Shown here piece after piece: positions 50,683 through 61,090 of a DNA stretch of 64,000 nucleotides. Numbering within the stretch: the stretch's first letter is position 1; the number at the start of each line of letters is the position of its first letter. The translations under genes were made by a program, and so were the position numbers. The DNA comes from Tubiluchus corallicola (Eukaryota > Animalia > Priapulida), in contig JAQGDQ010000032.1 of NCBI GenBank assembly GCA_030141605.1, positions 534,846 to 598,845 of the forward strand, in the 5' to 3' direction. The notes below the pieces were generated by a model. It made no database searches, was not told where the DNA came from, and saw nothing but the letters and a program-made list of their open reading frames with translations.

Positions 50683-53600
50683 GGTTTAGATTTTCGCACC
50701 TAGAGTGCTTAATATTCACCGACTAATCCAAATAACTTTTCACCAGGCTATAAAAATTAATCTTACTTTAGCCTTGACAAAAAGCATGAATCATGTGCTA
50801 TATGTCATGAAGTGTTCACATGTGTTTAGAGTAAAATCGATTAAATTTTTGGTCTTTTCTGACGCTGTTAATTCTTTATTTAATTAGTCACAGAACTTGA
50901 TTTGAACGTGATATATATTGAGTCATTTCAGCTGCAGAGAACTGTTTGAGCGATGACGTGTCTCCGGTGTCTGTCTGTCACAACTTGTCTAGCATCTCTT
51001 AGGAACATGATAAAATTGTCCCGCAGCAAGCATACGCGTAGGCGTAATGTTAGCAATCAGTATGATTTCTTTACAAATATATCACTGTCAGCATCTACTG
51101 ATTTTAAAATAGCGATACAAAAACACTTCCGTTCGGCAACACTATGGCACATTCTCAAAAGCTTTTTCACGAAAATTAAGCATATATGACATCTCTGTAT
51201 AGGAGCTAGCAGAGACCAATCCCTCTGCACTCACGCTGACTGTGAAGTGTCTCGAATCCTACAGCACCGTCCGTGTCATGGGAAAAAGCCGTGGTCCTTG
51301 AGCATGACTATGTACATAATGAAAAGAGCGATGAAGAGACGCGTTTTCCTCGCCACTTAATGTCACTGCCTGTTTGCCTGCGTCATGACAAGATTTTACG
51401 CTTGAAAACTTTGTTTAAAGTAAAACATTCCTGGACAGTTTGAAAGCTGCATTCGTGACAGGCCGACTGTTTAAATCCGACCCCTCACACAGCATCAAGG
51501 TCGTGTGAAGAAATGAGTTAAAATCCGATATGCGACTAATTTCGATCGTGCTGACACAAAGTGCGAGAAATAAGCATTGAATAAAATTGACGCAACAGAG
51601 AATCCCTAAATAGCGTTGCAGTCAATATTAGTTAATGGAAATTATCCAAAAAGGCCAGAGAGCTACTTGGATGTAAGGGGTTGGGGGCGGGGGTACACAC
51701 AAAACAGAGAACCTAAATATGTTTAATAAACAGCACTTGCTGTAACAGGGTAAGTTTAACAACCTACATTTATAGTTTGAGTAAATTAAGGCATACTCTA
51801 AATAAAGAGTTCCACAAAGGAACAGGCCCGGGAAAATATCGCATGAGACGAAAACATTTTTGGTGAAGTTTATTACAGATTTAGGCCTTCTTTCTGAAAA
51901 CCAACCTTAACAAAGTCTGTAATTACTTTAACGCCCCTTAACAAAAATAATAATGAAGAAAAATGCAAAAAAGCGAATCTAGTAACTTAAATGCCACAAA
52001 CCTACGTAGTACTGAAAAAGATTCAGCATTTTTAGGAACTACAACGTTTCATATGGTGATCTACAGCCGTGAACTTGTGTTATTTGAAGTCATCTTGTTC
52101 TCCTAAATGTTATCAGCATAAAACAAGACAAAATTCCTAAAGTGAAAACCTACAAACAAAAATTGTGATGGCAATAAAACTTACTAAAATAACACACGAA
52201 AAACTGCCCGCGTGCTAGTTTATTTCCACGACAAATTACAGGGCATTCACTGTACACGTTTATTACACCTTGTAATTGCAGCTTGTGACCTGAAGGCAAA
52301 ATAAAACATGCCGATAGACAGGTATATAATGACAGCTATCACGAGCCCAGTAATTAATTTTGCGGCAGCTACATTTGCCGTGCAAGAAAGCAGAATTTTC
52401 CTTTCTCAACCCTATTTCACGGCAGTAAAATGAAAAGTTAAATGTGTTCTTTTTTAGCAGATTTTACTTTATTCGAAAGGAAAAAATGAATGCTAGTAAA
52501 AACTGTGTTGCACAAAATGTTTTGAAATCACGTAGACCGGTTCTGTTGCTAATGTAGCTATTTTAGTTGTATAATATGGGATTAAATGGCAATTAATACA
52601 ATTAATACGGAGCATAGATTTTGTACAAGATTTTGTAAAGCAAAAGCCCTGAACGACGATGTAGTACAGTGAGTTTAGCTGATCTCACCACCATTAAAAA
52701 ATTCACAATTTGTCACACATGTTATACGAAAGAAGACATTTGTTACGGATAGAAGTTTTTATCACTTTCAAATATGGTTTTTTTCCGGGCCTATGTAGAA
52801 AACTTCCGTTCATTACCATTGACTGTTGGCACGGTATAATTTATCTCATGAAACTCTTGTGTAATCTGTGTAAATAAGCTGCAGGTCTGTAATTAATTAA
52901 GGCTGTCAAACTATTTGCCCTTTATTAGTGCTTTTTTATTTCAGTAATTAGCTCTTAAAGGCAACAATTAAAAGTCATTTAAAAACTTTGCTTAACAATA
53001 ATCAGTTTAATGCTTTAATAGGTGCAAGATTTAAAATGAAGTCAACAACTTTCAAAGCTGTTTCTCAGCTCGATGCAGATTTTAAAGGTGCTGCAAAATA
53101 AAAAATGGCATCGTCACCTTATTGATCTTTTTTGAAGAAGAATGGGTTTTGTGAATGTCACAGTGTTTATATTTTCTTTTTGCCGTAAGCTTTATAGCTA
53201 ATGGGACAACACAATTCTGTGGAAATACAAGAACTTTGTGCAACGTATATTTCAAAGCACTGCGGTCATTTTGCATATGAAAGTAAGCTTTTAGGCGGTC
53301 CTCACCTGTCTCTAGCTTGTAACTGTGTTAGTAACTTGCTGCAAACACCATTTTCGATCCCGGGCCTTGCAAACTTTTTCGCCCTAATAATTAATCACAC
53401 AACAATAAGCGCAGCATTAGTCCTTTTACGAGGTGAGGTTCTTTTTAAGATGTCGTGTTTAACATGCATTAATAAAACGCAAAATGCATGAGTCTTTACT
53501 GTAAAGCATGTAGAATCGTAGATACATAATGTCTTTCAAAAAACACGACGCCCTTATCTTCTGCCATAGAAAATTGGCGCGGACGAAAATTAGCCGTGGG

Positions 53601-54233
53601 CGGAATCGCAGGACAAGCCCAACTAATCTTCAAACGACATGGCTGAAAACGAGAAAATGACAGCAGACAATGGGAAAATGACAGCCCCAAATGTAAATGA
53701 CAGCGGTAAATGTAGAAAATAGCTTGGTCCTCACAGACAGGCTGTTATGGGTGGCGCACTTTATCGCCGAAGTGCATTACACACAGTGATTACCTGTGAA
53801 CCACGCTTTTTGAGTTCATGATTAGCAGTTATTTTAATGATGTGACAATTGTCTTCACTTCCAATGGGTTTACCGATTGACAAATAAGCAGATTAGCTCA
53901 TTCTCATACCAGCATTGCGTTTTGCAAAAAATATTATCAGAGGCATTCGTAACCGCAAGCGAAGCCTAGAAAGATATTTTATTACCAGCGCGATTTCGAG
54001 GTAGTTTTACTGTGACAGCATTATGTCCATGTCATGCTTTGTGTTAAATTTGTATACGTAATTGATTTGTCTGTGTACATCTAAATTCGCTATGACAAAT
54101 CAAAATAAAACATATTATTGATGAATTCAGAACTACGCTATAGTCTGAAGAATTTTTGCGTCATAAGTATCTAATCATTTTTGTGCACTAGATAAATGTT
54201 TGCATAATCTATATATTTGAAGTGATTCTATGG

Positions 54234-54563
54234 CAGTGGTTCCCAAAGTAGGGGTAAATTGCCCCCCGGGGGTAATATGGTTTTTTTGGGGGGTAACAGG
54301 CACCCCTCTGAAAATTTTCTCGAACGAACCTGCTCACTCAGTAATGAGCAGGTTCAGTAATTGTAATTCTTGTTTTGGCAACAATACAACAACAACACCT
54401 GGAAATTTATTTATGTCACGAGCAAACATAAATAATTTTGCTTACTTGTGGCATATACGTGTGTTTACTTTTTGAGTTGGAGAAGTAGTACTAGGTGGGG
54501 GGTAATGGACACGACTGGGTTTCCCGATTTGGGTAACGGTCCGAGAAAGTTTGGGAACCACTG
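54234..54563. mobile_element. intact 330-bp hAT-superfamily MITE (Charlie/Buster-like)
   Basis: Perfect 14-bp TIRs CAGTGGTTCCCAAA / TTTGGGAACCACTG; perfect 8-bp TSD TTCTATGG (54226-54233, 54564-54571); subterminal GGG(G)TAA motifs at both ends. Confidence 0.95.
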
Positions 54564-55477
54564 TTCTATGGTTTATAACAGTTGCTCTTTCTTCTGGAAA
54601 AATGGCAAACGATTTTTGTAATACAGCACACAAAATTGTTTACAGCACATGAACTGCTATCTGCAAATTATTGTGTGTTGCATTAATCTAAGCTAGAATA
54701 GTTTTAAAGTTACAGTAACATTTACCAGATTTTTTCATTCTGGATGCTGAATCGTTGACATTTGTTTTGTAAACAAATTTCTTTTTTGTTAACGTGTGTC
54801 GCCACCCACCGACAAGAAACCGAAAACACTTTAGGTTAATGCCTATTTAGCTCTACTGATATTTTTGTTCTGGGACGTGAACCAGAAGTACTCTAAGCGA
54901 CGCTGGGATCAGTGAACGTAACCTGAACGCCCATGTGCAGATTTACAAAGACCGAATTCCGTCTTTTTGTTGAGCTTAGTCCCAGCACAGGGTGTTAGTG
55001 CGTTTTACATTTGAAAAGGACAAATTAGCTGGCATGCAACTAAAAGCTGAAAACACTCAAAACAACTTTTTCCACTTTCAATAAAATGTGACAGTGAATG
55101 TTTTCATTGATAATATAACAGAGGTGAATGTCACTTTAGCTTCATTAGACTGAAGCAGGTGGTTCATATCACAGAAACTACATAGATTATTTTAATGCCT
55201 TTGAACAAATAAGCCTTTTACATGATGAGATCACTGTGACAGATAACTGCTTTTTGAATTTTGTGTTTTGATGTTAGCAGTTTTTCAAAACTGATCGACA
55301 CAAAGACTAGTGAGAATTTCTAGGCAGAATTCCCCAAAGATTTATGACAGAGTGCATGCACGATTTTTTTTGATCGAAGTTAGTTCCAATTTTCTAATGA
55401 CAGCACTTGTTATTTTCACGTAATTTGCTTGGTCTATAATTTAGCATTAAAAAGAGGTTTGCTCATATGTCTATTAA

Positions 55478-55988
55478 AGGGATACTAAACTGTAAAATAA
55501 CATAAGCTCAGAACATTTGCTGTGTCTTATTAAAGTGATTTTGTCAAAAAATTTTAAGCGTTATGCTACACGGATTCCTAAACACAAATATTTATATTCA
55601 AAAATTCCCACTTTTGTCCTATGGTCGGCTCTTGCAATCGCTATGCCCCTGCCATTGGTACATTTCGTCCCGTGATGCAAAAGCTATGACGAATATCTCG
55701 TGCTCTCGTGTTTGGCCAGGGACAGTACTAGTATGTACTATGTACTAGTATGGGTAGAGAAGCGGCATAGTACTCTCACTGTTTATTGGGAACACTGAGT
55801 AAAGAAACTGCTAAAAATCGTACATAGAGTGAACATCAGCAAAACGGAAAGTAATAGAATAATTTTACTAATATTATTATTAAACAGTAGAGCTACAGAG
55901 ATTTTCGCGTAAAACAATATCCAAAAAAAGTTGATAACTTTGATAACAAATAAATTAAACTCAAGTTGTATTACAGTTTAGAATCCCT
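55478..55988. mobile_element. 511-bp non-autonomous DNA transposon, TTAA target (Kolobok-like)
   Basis: TIRs agggatactaaactgtaaaataacataag versus (reverse complement) agggattctaaactgtaatacaacttgag; flanks TTAA (55474-55477) and TTAC (55989-55992). Confidence 0.8.
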
Positions 55989-58384
55989 TTACGGACGCTA
56001 AATGCCAGTGTTTCTTCACTAGTTTTTTTCTGAAAACTGTAAATGACAGACACTAGTAACAGCTTTTACTTGAGTGAAGGTAACTAGCCATATTGCCACG
56101 ATTCCTTAGCAATTGTATGAAAGGTTTATTATGTTATAGGGATAGTCACTACTCAGAAGCACCTGTTTAATTTTGTAAATTTGAACAGCAATGATTAGTG
56201 AAACTTTTCTTCAAAGGCGAACTACGGTGTTTTGTGTGAATAGTGATAATCAAAATTTATGAAAATTGCAGTATCAGACGAGGGCTTTTATGAAAATTAA
56301 ATAACAGCGCTAAAAACTGTGCTGCGAACTTAAGTGAAGTGACTAGTGACACATTTTTCGAAATCGGGTAATGATAACTAACAAGAGCTTTTTCGAATTT
56401 CTAGGATAGTGAGTTGTGATAGCTTTTAACTTGGCTGATAGTTATTTGTAACAGATTTTTTTACATTAAACATTAGTAATCAATAAGATCATCTGTAATT
56501 TTATTGACAGTGTTTCCTTTTGGGTGCAGGTTACCTGCGGTAAACCAATAGCAAATTTTCCGAGTTTAAGTGGCAATAATTCACTGACAACCACAAATGA
56601 TAATAACAAATGACTGCTATCATATATTTAAATGAAGGCGACTACATAGTTTTTTATAGTAATAAGTAATTGATTAGAGTGCAATTTTTTCTTCAAATTT
56701 AAACTTTTGAATAACCGATTAACGCCGTTTGGTTTGATCAAATTTTAAAAAAGTTTCCAGAAAATTTGAGTGATAATAGTGACAGTGACTAGAGTCTGCA
56801 TTTGAATTACAGGTTTATCTTCTTTCAGTTTGTGTAATTCAAATTGTTTCTTTAATTTATTTTATCTATAAGCATTTTTAGTTAATGCCCCGTACCTATA
56901 TGTTCTTACTGTGATTGTAGGTATGTCAATATGGACACAATAATGTTGTATGCGGTGACACTCTTAAACTGCACTCTGTGTTTACTATCCATGTTTACAA
57001 TAAAATCAGCAACACATTAAGTCTACAAAACATTACGGTGACCTAAAGCAAGCTCTCTATCTTCATTTAGAAAAGTATAGGAACCTCTGCGTAAATTACG
57101 TTGTGGCAGTCAAAACTTTAGTACCTTTTACGCAGAGGCACGTAATAAATTTCTGTGTTTTTAACTTTTGTTATTTCCTTTTGGGTGCGGTTACCACATT
57201 AATCATTGTAAAATTGTGAAATGTCCACATTCACGCGGTCATGTGACTAGGCTAAGTTGATTATGAATTGGCAAAATCACATTTTCAAAGTGCTCTGCAA
57301 CTAAGCACAAGCAATTACACTAGCATTTCTAGTGAGTTGCTTAATAATGAATTTCTCAGGTAGACTAGTTTAAGAAGGAGAGGAGGAGAAGGCGTGGTTT
57401 ACCTGCAGCAAACAATAAATTAAATTTTTGCATTCAATACTCAGCAGTTACCCATAGAATGAGCTTCTTTCGGAAAAATGACAAAATTTGGCAAATTACA
57501 ACATTTAACATGCATTTCTGCCACCCGCGAAAATGAAATTCTTTAAACCCTTCATTAATTATTAAGAAAGTAGGGCATCACCTTAATAACAATAACATGT
57601 AATTATAAATGTCAACCATCTACCAACCCTTACTCGTATTACATGCACCACCTCTTACATGAATATTACAAACTGCATGCTCTATTCTTGATCAAACTTT
57701 GAGCTATTCCATGCATTACATAGTCCTCATTATACCCGTTTTGTTTGCAAAAAGCTTTCTAATTGCTTTTTCCACAAGCACGTACAGAACGTGTCTATTG
57801 TGGAAAATGGTTCGGCAATTTTCGGTAATGACGTCTGAAAAAGTTTAATACTAGGCCTGGTGACATTACGCTGTGAACGCGGAAATGTGCGCATGTTTTG
57901 ATTATAAAAAAAACCAACTCTTCAAACAATGGTGGCTTATTCTGCGTGCTTTTGACAAACAGGAAGACCTGTACTTCTGTCAAATTTGGTCGCATTATGG
58001 GAAGACAAAGACTCGCTTCATGTTGTTGCCCGAGCTCTATGGGATTACGGCGGGGTGCCGTGCAATGACCTGTATAGTACACGGAGTTGTCAGGGGATTG
58101 GCACAGCAGCACCGTACAGTTGTCTGATTGCGTGCTACAAAAGAGCACTTCTTCTAATGTAATATCACTTGTTTTTTCGAAAATATTAATAAATTGTAAT
58201 TTAATTCACATTCTATGAAAGCAATTACAAGTCAAAAAATCACCTGTCAGCAGTACTACGAAAGCTATAAATGACAGCACGGCAGTGCATTAGGTTGAAT
58301 GTTGAGCCTTCCTCCATCGGACACCTATTATCACATTACGGCGGGGTGCCACAACGCTGTGTAGTTAACGTCATTGCGCTCCCA

Positions 58385-58760
58385 TTATCCTCTCCTCTCC
58401 TCTTCTCTCCTTTCCTCTTCCCTTTTTTAAATTTCTCTTTTCCTTGTACCTTTCTCCTCCCTTTCCATCCTCTTTCTTTTCTCTTTCCCTGCCTTTCGTT
58501 TCCTTTTCCTCCTTTCCTTCCTTATCTTTCCATTTCCTTTTGTTTTCTTCTTTTTCCTCCATTCCCAATTCCTCCCCTTCCCCTCTCTTCCTTTCCCTTC
58601 CTTTTCTCTCCTTTTTTCATTTATTTGTGCTTAAGTAATCATTTCCGTTTTTCTTTTCTGTGGCCCGGTCCTTCATTCCTTCCTTCCTTCATTGCTTACT
58701 TTTTTGCTTTCTTCCTTTATTCATTTGTTGCTCACTCGCTTCTTTCCTTTTTGTTAAGCC
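58385..58760. repeat. polypyrimidine low-complexity tract
   Basis: Almost exclusively C/T; explains the ORFs 58271..58774, 58371..58568 and 58444..58638. Confidence 0.95.
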
Positions 58761-60558
58761 CCACGACAAACTGACTGTTAAAATTGGGATCCGTGACCAT
58801 CCATCCGGGGTTCTCGACTCGAAACTCCGATAAAGGACTTTGGGACATTTCGCAACACCTCCGGCTTTTTCCGCTTTTCTTTTTACCATTGATCACTCAT
58901 TAAATTTCTCTCTCATTAATTAATTATTGTGCTCGCTCTTTCCATTCATTTTATACAACTATCACCTATTAATACCATGCAGCGATTTTGTAGCTTCCCA
59001 TACATATACCACGCAAAAATTACCACTAAATTTCGCTATAAACACTTTTTGATAAAGTAACTCTAGCTTACGTGCTACAAAATTTTAATTATTTACTGAC
59101 AAGAAACGTTATGGCGTGAATCACGCCAAGTGTCAATATTAAATTTCTCGCCTAAGTGATGCACGATGATTATTTGCTGCGCTCTTTTAATGAGACTGTG
59201 ATGCCATCACATTAGTGTGTAACAAACAATAGAGCTAAATGAATTCACTATTCTATGCTGTACGGTTGTCCTCATCTTGGGAGGTCAATAGGTAAGCGAC
59301 CAGCTTATCCAAACACATCACAAAACTCAACATTGCATGAAGGAATGCGTCGTTTGGGCTATGTAAATGTTTGACCGACAGCAGAACGATATCACCATCA
59401 GTAGAGATTTTTTATCCGTAGATAACAGTGGTTGATTATAAACACATCATTGTTCATTAAGCATTCAGTCAGTTCTTGTCAGGCCTGTTTTTTGGAAAAC
59501 AAGCGAGTATCTATGTGACAGTCAGAAAAGGACAACAGTCTATCAGTTAAAAAAACTCCCGTGAAAGAACCAGCGGACCGCAGCTAAAAAGAAGGCAACC
59601 TCGTGCAAGTTTCACAGCTCAAATACTTCCTTTCATCTATGTTCCTTTTTCGGCTGTGCTTTATCCTTTCCTTTGACTTGCGTTATGACAGTATGGCATT
59701 GCCTAGTCTTATAAAATACGACTAGTTTAGCCCTACGCCTGTCAGCATTTGCATTCCAAGAACATTAAATAACTTTCGTTGCATGCTTCTTGTAAATCAA
59801 TACATTTTCAAACGTCAACAAAATTATGTTGTAATAATCATTACAGCTCGCTGATTGGGTTGTCTGAAACAATGACCTCCCCAACTATCCATATAATCGC
59901 GTCAAAAATGCAAGCGATATTATATTAATTGTGTCCATTAAATTATGTTTTAATTAATTAAGATCCATTACTGTGTGATCGAGCTTGTCTCCAAGATGAC
60001 TCTAGGGGACACATATGATTAGTTGTGCTGCTGTTGTGCAATCGCTTTCAAAATGTCATCCAGATCAGTTTTCGAATCTATTTGAATTTTTAATTCACTT
60101 TATGCGCTCATTAACTCGGTAGCTAGCAGCAGCATGTCACAAGTAGATATAGAGGGTGTTACATTTTCTTTAACTTGCCAAAGCCCATTATATATTGTGT
60201 TTACTAAAATGAGTTAGAATATCACTAGCAGTTCCCTGTAATACGTTTGAGCTTACTAAGGTACTATTGTCCGAAATAAAATCCCTAGTTGCCCTTGTCT
60301 TTGGTGGTGAAAGGGTTAATATTGGTAGCGTGCTCTGGAGACATTATACGAATATTTCATTGTGATTCAACAACATTCTAGCTTTCAGCCAGAACATTAT
60401 CAATTACTCAAATGATTTAATTTTTATAAGATTCGCCATTATCATCAAATTTTGTAGTGATATATGTATCTATTACATATTACACTTATCCAAAAATAAC
60501 AACATTCAAGGCATTCAAGGAAAGTAAGTCATGTATGTATACCTAGTTAGTTATAAGG

Positions 60559-60613
60559 CTGCAACCTGTCTTATATACACGTAGCGTACATAAGACAGGT
60601 AGACAGGTTGCAG
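60559..60613. repeat. inverted repeat with an 8-bp tandem duplication in the right arm
   Basis: ctgcaacctgtcttat ... ata[agacaggt][agacaggt]tgcag. Confidence 0.85.
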
Positions 60614-61063
60614 ACTGGTTAACTGTATTTAAAATTTGCCAGTTACCATCTTGGCAGATAAACAAGTATGTGAAGCATGTTAATTATAAGCGTTGAAAGT
60701 AATAAACATTTAGAAATTAAAAAAACTTTATATGAAAACGAATATGCGCCAATCTGTGATCAATCAGTTTTATAGGCGCATTTTTCGTTATTACTTGAAT
60801 AAAAAAGACCACAAAATCAAAGAGAGAAAAACTGTTACCAGATTTTTCGCTTTCACATAAGTTACAATACAGTTTTTATTTTCAGACACTGATATCAATG
60901 TACATAAACTATGTCCATGTAAAGAAGATACAGCGGCATAGAGATGACGAGCTGATCAAACTTGAAACTTCAAATTAATTTGGCAACACATATCTGACGA
61001 TGACATTGAAAAACTTTAAATCACTCCGCCCGCGAAAATTTCGCAGTAATTATTTCTAAATGT

Positions 61064-61090
61064 GCCCGGGGCAACCCTGCTCATACTAGT
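61064..61090 (+). mobile_element. possible Helitron-type 3' terminus
   Basis: GC-rich gcccggggcaaccctgc hairpin-like motif followed by ...actag|t. The 5' end was not identified. Confidence 0.3.

Noticed and set aside
55226-55242. tgagatcactgtga, resembling bantam miRNA
   Set aside because: The 3' half diverges and there is no upstream 5p arm to form a precursor.
60303-60319. piggyBac-like end ggtggtgaaagggTTAA
   Set aside because: No partner terminus found in the window.
60886-60978. plus-strand acceptor followed by 30 open codons (TLISMY...ETSN*)
   Set aside because: No supporting upstream plus-strand exons, and acceptor-like T-tracts are common in this AT-rich DNA.
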